Assembly: GCF_964355755.1 (NCBI RefSeq)
Contig: NC_092673.1
Location: 26,905,648-26,969,647, forward strand
Direction of reading: 5' to 3'
Length of the DNA stretch: 64,000 nt
DNA from: Antedon mediterranea
Lineage: Eukaryota > Animalia > Echinodermata
In this document: positions 48,199 through 59,996 of the stretch, in pieces
Layout: the number at the start of each line of letters is the position of its first letter
How positions within the stretch are numbered: the first letter of the stretch is position 1
Notes under the pieces: generated by a model
Told to the model about the DNA's origin: nothing
Databases searched by the model: none
The model's input: the letters and a program-made list of their open reading frames with translations, nothing else
Program-made: the position numbers and the translations under genes

Positions 48199-48403
48199 TT
48201 ATGCTTTACCGACCCCAAACCAAGGGTTCGAACCTCGTCGATGTTGTCGATTATTTCGGGGGTTAAGCCTGCTTAACTGGTGTTGGACTTCGTGTGTGTT
48301 GATGGACCGCCTGTTACCGTCACGCTTGACGTGAAAATCCTCCAGCTTATTGGTCTCACTTGCTGTAGAGTAGACAATCATGCACCAACAAAACCAATGT
48401 AGC
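48199..48403 (-). CDS. Candidate terminal exon of a small neuropeptide-precursor-like protein
   Basis: Acceptor-like TGTTTCTAG ending at 48404; LHWFCWCMIVYSTAS...KR...RR...RRGSNPWFGVGKA*; no upstream exon identified. Confidence 0.3.
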
Positions 48404-49433
48404 CTAGAAACAGTACACACGTGGAATAAATTTAACATAACTTAAATATATATTATATTGGGAATGCAACTGTTTGGAGCAACTGTTATTTCGGACTTAA
48501 AATTATTATAATTGAACAGTAATTTGAAGAGCTTGACATTTACCAGGCGCCGGAGTTGTTTTAGGATAAGTTGCTGTGGCGTCCTAAATGTGACATACTT
48601 AAAACTTCGTTCCAACTTCTTTTCGTAGTCTCATGACGTAACTTGTAATTTGACCAATCACGACGCGATGAATCATCCAAACTGTCGGTTGTGATTGGTC
48701 AAATCATCATCATCATCATCATTATCATCATCATCATCTTTCTGCTTGTCGCCATTATAACATTTCAAATCTCCATTCATTATTACAGGATAAAAACGAG
48801 CACAAATTATTATCAAAATCATATATATTTTATTTGACATTGTTATGTTTTAAGGGTATTATAATGTTTTCTTTATACATAATGTCGACCAAATATCTTC
48901 GCTGTTCACTATAACTAATTTATATTTATTTTAATAATGTAAAACAGTTAAAACAAAAATACTAGTTATATAAGATTTACATTAGCGGGAACACTACGCT
49001 ATACATCAGTTACCAAGTACATGTAAACAAAAATATATCACTTTTGGACAAAAATATACGCAAGTTCAATAACGCGTTTCTATTTCTCATAAAAACGCGT
49101 TTAATTTGTTCAGTGACGCTGTACAAAGTTAAGCACGCATACACCCGCTGTCGTTCTGTCCAGTACAAATCTACCGTTCAAACAATATTTCATATAGATA
49201 TATATGACTCTTTGTCGTTAAAATGTATTAATATACTATGTTTTAATTATGATACAATTGAATAGCCCTATAAAATGAGCTTGTTTGTTTGATTGAGATA
49301 ACATACACTTAAACGTTATTATATAATAACATTCTTAATCATTTTTTAATTTAGTAATTGGTGAAGGTCTTATTTTACCTACTTTTATGTTACACATTAC
49401 TTATATGAAGTATTTGGGTCGTATTGTTATAAC

Positions 49434-49481
49434 CATGGAGGAAAAAATAAATTTTAAAAATAAATTAGTTTTTCCTCCATG
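49434..49481. mobile_element. 48-bp hairpin micro-element with 7-bp TSD
   Basis: CATGGAGGAAAAA...TTTTTCCTCCATG flanked by TTATAAC on both sides. Confidence 0.75.
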
Positions 49482-49740
49482 TTATAACATTATAACACAA
49501 CATAAGTATAGGCCTTATTCAATATGCTGGCACTGAATACCGTATCGTCTGTATTTAGTTAAAAGAACCCGTTATTTTCACCAGCAAGATAAAAAAATAA
49601 ATTAAGAAAAACGTGCGTAAAAATACAGATAATAATGATTAATATTAATAATAATTCTTAATAAATACATAGAAAGAAATTTAGAGTAATTATTAAGACA
49701 ACTTCTTTTTACTGGAATGTACATCTTCAATTCCATAATA

Positions 49741-49982
49741 CAGTAAAACCCTCCTTTTTGGGACACATCCTATAAAGCTTGGTTTCTACGCAACACAAGA
49801 ACGTACGCTTAACGTAACGCAGTAATTTGACCAATCACAAATTATACATCGCTTGTGATTGGTAAAATTACTTGCGTAGTTGTAATGAAGCCTTATAAGG
49901 GACAAACATTAGTGTTACTATAACCAACAGAGGACACCTGTTAATGGTTCCTGAAAATGTCCCCGAACTATGGGTTATACTG
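49741..49982. mobile_element. Tc1/mariner-type MITE with a nested Harbinger-like MITE (about 49775-49890)
   Basis: TA|CAGTAAAACCC...GGGTTATACTG|TA; GGGACA/TGTCCC subterminal motifs. Confidence 0.6.
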
Positions 49983-50833
49983 TATATCAAAGCTGCTTTT
50001 ATTGGATAAATTACGAGACTACAAATAACCACAAAGCCAATGCATGCGAACATTATATGCGCATAAGCTATCGTCACTAACGAATTATAGTACCGATTTA
50101 GAAAAATAACGTTAAATCAACGTTAAACGTTTAACATGTATTGTTTATGTTTATTATATAAACAAGAACTACATTTTTAAAGAAATACCTAATTCTTAAC
50201 TTGAACTGGTATACAACCGTTTTTAGGTAGCGAGTGAGGCAACATAAAATGCTGAGCTAATGTTTATTTATCATAAACAAAACTGTATACAATTTAGTAT
50301 TCATACAATCTTTCACGAACCTTTTCACTAATGTATACAGTTTAGAAAAAATTCTTGGAAAATTCGGAATTTAAACTTTTATAGAATTATGTAAAATGTG
50401 TTATTTAATATTGTTAATGTTTATCATATAAACTAACTAAGCAAAATACTGTATGTTTTGTTAACTTTTTTCGTGTATTTTCGGAATATTAAACAAAATT
50501 AACATCGAACATACTCACGTAGTCGTATCGTCAAACTGACGCGATATCTATCCATTTTACCTAAACATTAATATCATGCGTGACAACTTAATTATGACAT
50601 CAACATGACTTTACCGCGGTACTGCTGCAGCTGCACATGTGTCAAAGTATGACATACCGTATATAATAATATACTGGGTAATTGTTGCTTGATAAAAATT
50701 GTCACATCGTAACTTAACTTTCACTTCAGTTTAAGGCAAGTTCAGTTATAATTCATAAAGACTATCGCCTGTTCCGAGTGATTTTATACAGATGACAGGT
50801 TTTTTTTTTACTTTTTAGTATACCGTGTTAACC

Positions 50834-51079
50834 TTAATGTTTCCTTATTAGAATATTGATAGACTTTGTTCCTCCTCCCTTTTTTCTTTCTCTTGCTCTT
50901 TTTCTGTTCAATTTCTCTGTGAGAATATTTCGGTTTCTTGTGTACTTGTCATCTAACGCAGTAATTGCCAGTTGCTTAGCTTCCTCACTTCCATCACTGT
51001 TTAATATATGCGCCTTTTTCATGTCATACTTTGACGCCATCTCAATCATATGATTCTCTATCTCTTCTATTGTGTTGAA
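50834..51079 (-). CDS. Last coding exon of a putative 103-aa secreted protein
   Basis: Polypyrimidine acceptor TTTCTTTCTTTCGTGTTTTAG ending at 51080, phase 0; FNTIEEIENHMIEMASKY...KRARERKKGGGTKSINILIRKH*; in frame with exon 55006-55071. Confidence 0.65.
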   Translation of the reverse strand, partial: FNTIEEIENHMIEMASKYDMKKAHILNSDGSEEAKQLAITALDDKYTRNRNILTEKLNRKRARERKKGGGTKSINILIRKH

Positions 51080-52644
51080 CTAAAACACGAAAGAAAGAAA
51101 CCAGAAAAAATAAATAAAATATGCGTTTAGAAACTGAGAACGAGAGCAATAGAGGGCGTGTTATTTATTACGTTGGCTAAACTAGATGGTACGCTCGCGT
51201 ACCATCTCAGCAGATGGTTCTCGAATACACAGTAATTTCAGCGTAACAAAACTGGCGATTTCAAATGTACGTACCGCAGGACTATAATACATTGTCGTTT
51301 ACAGAAACGAATAAATAGACACGATGATTTATGCAGTCAACTAAAATTAGCACCCTGGGAATTACTTCCGAAGGAGAAACTTATCACAAAATGAGTCCAA
51401 ATTTTTGATTTGGACTGATTTAAAGAATCCCAATTTGTGTTTTGTATGGGTTTTTTTTTATATTAGGGTTGAGGGATGGGAAAGCGGATAGGTACAAAGA
51501 GGAACAATTTTTCAATATATTCTTTATCCACTCAGTAACGAAATATTTTTTTCGTGTTTTATAGGCCTATAAATAATATACCTCTAAATACAGTAAAACA
51601 TTTGCGATTTAATACTTTGTTAAAACTGTCACTGTCATAATCGATTGAAATATTAAAGTACATGTCACGATACACCACTACGACGTTTATTTTATTGGTA
51701 ATTATTAATTAGTACAAACGTTGAGAAGGAACTGTCAGTATAAAGTTTATTTGTATATAATAATGTGTTTATATATCTAACAGTAGATCTTATCCACAAT
51801 CTCGGTAATAAAGTTTATCTGTATATATTTTTATACAGGTATTACATCTAACAGTACGAACATTCACAGTAAGAAATGTTCGATTCAAATGAGGACTAAA
51901 AATAGTTAATAGGTATTTACAGTATAAAATAAGTCAAATAAAATAACGCCATGGGTCTGAACAGGGCCAAGTTTATTCTCAAAGGGCCCATATATTTACC
52001 TACCGTATGTGTTAAACCAAGGGCTCATACATTTACCTACTTGTGTTAAACCAAACTCTGGCAGACTGAGAGATTGGGATGTTCCATTCATCGCAAGTCA
52101 ATACATTTGTATAATCGTATATTAAATCTATCAAAATAGTATTTTTTAAAGAAAATCGGTCTGTCTTCAACATTATGATGGTGTACTCTAGCTGTTCAAC
52201 CGGTTTTCAACTATTAAATTAAATTATCGTAGGAGGAGATAGGAAAATGCGAAGCCTCCTCGCATTTTTGTGGCGGGTATTTTGCAAGATGGACATCCAT
52301 TAGACAGTGTATACCACGATCGGAAAACACCCCTATTTGGGGCAAATCGTTGAACCTAAATTCGTTTTAATCGTCAATAACTAATTATCTAACTTAATTT
52401 AATTAGTAAACAGGGTTACATCAGGTGGTTAAAATCAGTACCGAAAGTACGAATCAACTTTATATACCATCGAGTAAAGATTCTAGAAGTAAATTTATAT
52501 ATAGAAGATAACTCAAACTTTTATTGAAGCTCTTTAAACGTCACCAATATATCGATATTTTTTTCTGAAAATAAAAATGTTTTTATAACTGTATCAACGG
52601 CCAATCAGGACGATAACTTAAACATTGCGAACGCTCGTGGAAAC

Positions 52645-52793
52645 AAAAAAAGGCCATAGGCCTATACATGGCTGCATTAGTGTGCTCAAATTAAATTTGT
52701 GTTAGTGTTTACCGACAGGCCAACCGACCGACCGACCATCCGACCAACCGATCGAAAGTAGAGCTGTAGAGTCGCGTTGCACGCGACTAAAAA
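52645..52793 (-). mobile_element. Short Helentron-associated (HINE/CvA-like) element
   Basis: Terminal hairpin AGTCGCGT-TGC-ACGCGACT plus A-run, (ACCG)n microsatellite, GCCAT...ATGGC stem at the other end. Confidence 0.6.
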
Positions 52794-53393
52794 GCAAGCA
52801 AGCAAACTTAAAAACTTTATATTTTGCCAAGTACAAAAATCAGCTTCGAGGATTACCGGAGTATACCGGAGTATAAATTAATAGTTGATTAGACCTTTCC
52901 TTTTCTCGTGTCCTGCCCTCAGAATATTCTCATGTCCTGCCCTTAAGAGAGGGAGGAATTGGCAATGATCCAGCAAAGTCTATCGAATGCAATTGATGTT
53001 TGAAACCAATTTAATAATGGAACAATAGACCAAAAATTATGTATGTTCTTGGTTCACCTGTACTTGATCTTCCTACAAATATTTAAGTTTCATTTGATCG
53101 ATTATGTAAAGGTTTCATGAAACGGGCAATTGAAATGTTTAGTTCTTTGATTATTAAATTACTTTTTTTACTTTATATTTTGTACATTTTGTATTTGTTG
53201 TCTTGCTTTGTCCTGCATATGCTTGGTCCTCCAAGCTGCGACCGGGGATGTTTGTGACATTCTCTTGTTTTTTTTTAATTTGAAATAAAGGAAGCTTTTA
53301 ATATATATTAAGTTTTCTTGAATTGTTTAATTCTAGACGCACCTTCTTTAAAGAAACGTGCCACAAGTTTATATCGATTCACCAGGTCAGGTA

Positions 53394-53540
53394 CCGATTT
53401 AAATTAGTGTTTTTGACCGGTGATTTTGCGCTGCCTTTTAACCGGTTACCACAAATTTGTCCTGTTTCTGCTGCCAAGAAAATGGAGTTAATTTATTCAC
53501 ACCGATTTTAACTGGTTATTTTTTATGCAGCAGAAACAGG
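53394..53540. mobile_element. Orphan right end of the 39913-42952 Harbinger-type family
   Basis: Closely matches 42782-42950, including TTATGCAGCAGAAACAGG. Confidence 0.85.
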
Positions 53541-54087
53541 TTAAGATACAGTAAATGCACTTATTTGAAACAAGGGCAATGACATCACGACAAATACGTA
53601 ACTAAACGGAAATGCACATTTTTTCTTTTTGAACAGCGAGTGTAGGTCAAACGAAATGCAATACAAAACATCAGTTTATTTCAATACCCCATTAATTCAG
53701 CATTTTAACTTTATGTCAAGGCTAAAGATTTATAATTTGTCACTTAATTGTTAATTCGTTCACGTATTTTTTTTATTTATGTATTCATTTATAGTTAGGA
53801 ATAATACAGAAAAATAAGTGGTAATTTCTTTTTCAGATCAAAAAATGCGTAAAATAGTAAATACATTTACGAAATGCAATGTTTAAATTATCATTATTTA
53901 TAAACAATCAATAGACTCATCCGACTGGTCTGTTTTTTAGATCAGCGGTTCAAACGCGGCGCCCAGTACCGTGGACACAATAACAATTATTCGGAATAAT
54001 GCTAAATAAAACTAAATCAGAAATAGCTTTTATAATACGAATCTACTGCGCGCAAGCTCTGTGAGTTTTAGAGGTATGTCATCGGGA

Positions 54088-54122
54088 CATGGATGGAGTT
54101 CTAAATTTTTTATACCTCCATG
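54088..54122. mobile_element. Degenerate hairpin micro-element inside a tRNA/SINE-like fragment
   Basis: CATGG(ATGG)AG...CTCCATG flanked by ATCGGGA / ATCTGGA (6 of 7 match); B-box-like GGTTCGAGTC follows. Confidence 0.5.
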
Positions 54123-54230
54123 ATCTGGAGGTCGTGGGTTCGAGTCTCAAAAAGCACCGAGCAGTGTTTTTTTATTGCATATTTATTTTGTATTAGTCAA
54201 TTACAGTACATATTTAAAACATATTTAAAA

Positions 54231-54550
54231 AGCGTGGAATCCACAATTAAATTCATATATATTACATTATATTTAAACGGCTGATTTTCAGTGTCAGTGT
54301 TGTATCGCCATAGTGTGACAATGATTCCCAGTAGGCCTATTATTGGCAAATTCCAAGAATCGGCTATAAATGTTAAAAGTGAACAAGAAAAATATATAAC
54401 AAATTTAAGCAGCGTAGAATCCACAATTAAATTCATATATATAATATTATATTTAACATCCGATTCTCAGTGTTGTCTCCACAGTGTGACACTATTCCTA
54501 GTTTCATAGACAAATTCCCAGAATCGGCAAGTTTAAAAGTCAGCAAGAAA
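54231..54550. repeat. Diverged 180-bp tandem duplication
   Basis: AGCGTRGAATCCACAATTAAATTCATATAT at 54231 and 54411. Confidence 0.8.
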
Positions 54551-55005
54551 AATGTATTTTTTTCTTATCTTTTGTGGTTCACCACCACCTTTATTCATTC
54601 AATGTTTCATTACATAATTTCCAAACATTTTCTACCTTTTTTCATTATTTTCTGTTTTTCCCTCATTAATATCATAATTTTAACATTACTAAACATTAGC
54701 ATTAATTTAGTATTTTTGTTTTCTGAATTACTAAACATTAACACAAAGCATTTACTTCTTAACATTCTTTTTTCTTGTGTTAAATCCTCTATTTACAATA
54801 ACCAGTTGTATATTAAGCAAGAAAATGTAAATAAAAACATTTAGTTTAGGCCTAAGCAGCGTTGAATACGCAATAATTTTTGTTTTTCTCTTTTTGTTTT
54901 GTGTGATTTGTAAAAGGAAATGAATGAATATTTAAAGTCACAAGAGTGTAGGTTTGACCCACCCAATAAAAAATAACGTTCCTTATATACTGTAGGCCTA
55001 CATAC

Positions 55006-55071
55006 CTTCCCAGCTGAGACGTACATAACAGTCACGCAGAACACACACGCAATCAAAAGACACCGTACCAT
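55006..55071 (-). CDS. First coding exon (signal peptide) of the putative 103-aa secreted protein
   Basis: MVRCLLIACVFCVTVMYVSAGK followed by donor AAG|GTATGT, phase 0; acceptor-like ACTGATCGATTACAG just upstream suggests a 5'UTR intron. Confidence 0.65.
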
Positions 55072-55461
55072 AATCAGTTCTGTAATCGATCAGTATTTTT
55101 TACAAATCATTCACAAATAAAATATCCTTTGGGCTGTGTTAAACAAACCGAGTTGGTACGTCCGCTTCGTTTGGAGACCAGTCGTAATTGAAGTACAGGC
55201 TAACAATTGAAGACTATATCATGCCCTTGGCTGATGATGCTCTGTATTTAAATATAAAAGAATGAGTTATAAAGACTTGAAAGTAAACCACAGGTTAATT
55301 GTACTACCCGCAGTTGTTCGTTTTTATCCTATAATCTGATTACTAAACCTAAAAATGGTCATTATAATAAAAGGTATGTATCGGCGGCATTTTTCGTCAT
55401 TTTCAACCAACGCAAAAAGTTAGACATTCTTGGAATTAGAATTCCATTTAATGTAAAAGCA

Positions 55462-58400
55462 TTTATTGGTTATCCGCAACGAAGTTGCAGGATAACCTCT
55501 TGTGATTGTACGAAATCATTCTGTATGATTTTTGTGTAACGCTTTTCTCTAAAACTCGCAAACATAACATTTCGGTAACTATCTTAACATATTGACATTT
55601 ACGTAACGTCGTCAAGCGAAGCTTTTCATGACGTTTACAATTGCGCAACGTGACTTACGCGCGATTTAACGATTTTGTCGTATTTAACATAGCTCGACAA
55701 CCAAATAAAATTTCAACTTGAAACTTTGCAAAAGTTTAATCTATATCATGCGCTAACTTTCTGTTGAAAAAAAATTCCGTGTTTTACACAAAGTTACGCG
55801 CGCACGCGCATTTAAAATTTCAAAATGCGCAAAATTAATTTCTAATCAACTTTCTACGCGTTTCATGTCGTTTTAAGCATGTCAAAAATTCCCACGCGTG
55901 CGCACATTTTTACGTGTGCGGTGCGCACGTAGCATTGAAAACGTATTTTTTTCGCGTGATTTATGTTTTTCCAGCCTTTTCTAGTAATTTTACCAAATTT
56001 TAAACAATTTCGACTTAAAGATACGTCATACGAGCACGTCGAATTGGACAATTTACGCGCGTTTTTTATGAAAAGGTTAAAAAATTCGTTTAAAATATGC
56101 CTTTTTTTAAACAGTCGTAATTTCTAAACTAGACGGTCAAATTTTTGTGGATGACATATTCTAGAAGTAGATGAGTTGTAGATATCGGATCAGGTATTAA
56201 TATGGCTAACCGGACATTGTGACGTCATCGTATGGCCACGCGAATATAAAATTTAGGATTTTTGTATCTTTCGTCATAGCTCATCACATTGAATAGAGCG
56301 CATCTCCACTTATCCGTTTTCCATTTTCACCCCGATTTTGATATTATCTAGGTCAATCAACTATCTTTCGCATGAGTTAAAAATATTTTAATTTTTTTGA
56401 CGTCATCATGCCTAAAAATTTTAATCACGTGTGGCATCAATTTCATCTTTACAGTAAATTTTAATCTGTTATAGCTCGTAAAAATAAAATGTGATAATCA
56501 CGATTAAAACTTTTTCTGGAAGCTATTGGATTGTAGATACGAAATTATGTAAAAATGTTGCCAATCGGATGTTGTGACGTCATCATATGGCCAGTTAAAT
56601 AAAAAAGGTCGTATTTTCATCTTTTGCGTCATAATTCATTACATTTAAAAGAGCGCGCATCAATATTTCACGTATTCAAATTTCTCCTACACGCTAATAC
56701 GTTGTTGCTGTGAACAGTTCCTTTTGTCCTCAACCTATCCCCTTAATGTTAATGTTGCACCACTTGCGCGGCGGATAACCAAACTCGTCAAAGTGACGAG
56801 TTACATGTCTAGTTGGTTATCCGCAACGAAGTTGCAGGATAACCTCTTGTGATTGTACGAAATCATCATCATCATCATCATCATCAACTTTTTATTAGTT
56901 ATCCGCATTCAGCGGATAACTCCTTGTAACTGTCCTGTTACTTTTTTTTTTTTTTCTTTCTTTCTCCCTCATTTTTGTGGCTCGCGTATCTCAAAAACGT
57001 GTAAACAAAACATGTTATAACTTTGTCAGCATGAGGGCATTCAGGTGAAGTTGTGCACCTCCTATTTTTGAATGACGTCAGAGTTGCGCAACATGACTTA
57101 CGCGCGTTTTTACGAATTTCGCATTTTTAACATAGATTGAAAACCATATAGCAATTTAAATTGAAACTTAACGAAAGTTTAATTGATATCTTGCGCTAAC
57201 AGAATGTGAAAAAAAAATGGCATGTTTCACAGGAAGTTACGCGCGCACGCGCGTTTAAAATTTCAAAATGCGAAAAATCAATTTCTAATCAACTTTCTAC
57301 GCGTTTCATGTCATTTTGAGCATGTAAAAAATTCCCACGTACGCGCATTTTTTTACGCATGCGGTGCGCACGTAGCGTTGAAAACCATTTTTTTCGCGTA
57401 ATTTATGTTTTTCCAGCCTTTTCTAGTAATTTTACCAACTTTTGAACAATTTCGACTTAAAATTACGTCATACGGGCACGTCGAATTGGATAATTTACGT
57501 GCATTTTTGATGAAAAAGTTCAAAAAGTCGTCAAAATTTGTCAAAATTATGCCCTTTTTTAAACAGTTATAGTTCCTAAACTAAACGGTGAAAGTTATTT
57601 TTATTGCATATTCTGAAAGTTGATGAGTTGTAAATTTTGAATCATGCATTAATATGGCTAACCGGACATTGTGACGTCACCGTATGCCCACGCGAATATA
57701 AAATATAGGATTTTTGTATCTTTCATCATAGCGCATGACATTTAATAGAGCGCATCTCCAATTATCTGTTTTCCATTTTTACCCCGATTTTTATATTATC
57801 TAGCTCAATCAACTATCTTTCGTATGAGTTAAAAATATTTTAATATTTATGACGTCATCATGTCTAAAAATGTAAATAACGTGGGTCACTTATTTTCGTC
57901 CTTACAGTAAATTTCAATCTGTTATAGCTCGTCAGAATAAAACGTGATAATCATGAATAAAACGTTTTCTGGAAGCTATTGAATTGTAGATACGAATTCA
58001 TGTAAACATTTTGCCAATCGGATGTTGTGACGTCATCATATGGCCAGTTGAATAAAAAAAGGCGTATTTTCATATTTTGCGTAATAGTTCATCACATTTA
58101 AAAGGGCGCGCATCTATATTTTACGTATTCAAATTTCTTCTACACGTTAATATGTGGTTGCTGAGATAATGTCCTTCCGAAATTGCTAACTTAGTGTTTC
58201 ATTTTGATACCGTCGCCATGTTAAAAATAAGAATAAATGGGGGGTCTCGTAATTTCACCTATTCTACACTGTATGTAACATGTATACAGAGTATACCGTT
58301 TGCACTGTATATACTATATGACACAAAATAGACTGAATTCAGCACTAACAACGTATGATATTCTTCATTTCAGGTCATAATGCCATAATCTTTATCTGTG

Positions 58401-59963
58401 TGCAATATTCCAACGTATGACGTGCACGTGGCGTTTGTCGTGCGGATAACTAACTCGTCAAAGTGACGAGTTTCATGTCTAGTTCTTCTTCTTTCTTTCT
58501 GTATGATTTTTGTGTAACGCTTTTCTCTAAAACTCGCAAACATAACATTTCGGTAACTATGTTAACATTTTGACATTTATGTAACGTCGTCAAGCGAAGC
58601 TTTTCATGATGTTTACAATTGCGCAACGTGACGTACGCGCGATTTAACGATTTTCTCGTATCTAACATATGTCGAAAACCAAATAACATTTTAAAGTGAA
58701 ACTTTGCAAAAGTTTAATTTATATCATGCGCTAACTTTCTGTTGAAAAAAAATTGCGTGTTTTACACAAAGTTACGCGCGCACGCGTATTTAAAATTTCA
58801 AAATGCGCAAAATTAATTTATAATCAACTTTCTACGCGTTTTATGTCGTTTTAAGCATGTCAAAAATTCCCACGCGTGCGCACATTTTTACGTGTGCGGT
58901 GCGCACGTAGCATTGAAAACGTATTTTTTTCGCGTGATTTATGTTTTTCCAGCCTTTTCTAGCAATTTTACCAAATTTTAAACAATTTCGACTTAAAGAT
59001 ACGTCATACGAGCACGTCGAATTGGACAATTTGCGCGCGTTTTTTATGAAAAGGTTAAAAAATTCGTTTAAAATATGCCTTTTTTTAAACAGTCGTAATT
59101 TCTAAACTAGACGGTCAACTTTTTGTGGATGACATATTCTGGAAGTAGATGAGTTGTAGATATCGGATCAGGTATTAATATGGCTAACCGGACATTGTGA
59201 CGTCATCGTATGGCCACGCGAATATAAAATTTAGGATTTTTGTATCTTTCGTCATAACTCATCACATTGAATAGAGCGCATCTCCACCTATTCGTTTTCC
59301 ATTTTCACCCTGATTTTGATATTGTCTAGGTCAATCAACTATCTTTCGCATGAGGTAAAAATATTTTAATTTTTTTGACGTCATCATGCCTAAAAATTTA
59401 AATCACGTGTGGCATCAATTTCATCTTTACAGTAAATTTTAATCTGTTATAGCTCGTAAGAATAAAATGTGATAATCACGATTAAAACTTTTTCTGGAAG
59501 CTATTGGATTGTAGATACGAAATTATGTAAAAATGTTGCCAATCGGATGTTGTGACGTCATCATATGGCCAGTTAAATGAAAAAGGTCGTATTTTCATCT
59601 TTTGCGTCATAATTCATTACATTTAAAAGAGCGCGCATCAATATTTCACGTATTCAAATTTCTTCTACACGCTAATACGTTGTTGCTGAGATAATTTCCT
59701 TTCGGAATTGCTACCTTCGCGTTTTATTTTAAAACCGTCAACATGTTAAAAATTGCAATAAATAGCAGGTCCCGTAATTTCACCTATTCTACACTGTATG
59801 TCACTGTATGTGATATGGATACAGAATATACTGTTTATTGGTTATCCGCAACGAAGTTGCAGGATAACGTCTTGTGATTGTACGAAATCATCATCATCAT
59901 CATCATCATCAACTTTTTGGTTATCCGCAACGAAGTTGCTGGATAACCTTTTGTGATTGTACG

Positions 59964-59996
<33 letters not shown>

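Noticed and set aside
54060-54150. tRNA gene (GGTTCGAGTC B-box)
   Set aside because: No acceptor stem or full cloverleaf; at most a SINE/tRNA relic interrupted by a micro-hairpin.
55463-59029. Recurrent 61-79 aa minus-strand ORFs in the Helentron-type copies
   Set aside because: Repeated only because the element is repeated; mostly non-ATG starts, no Rep or helicase motifs.
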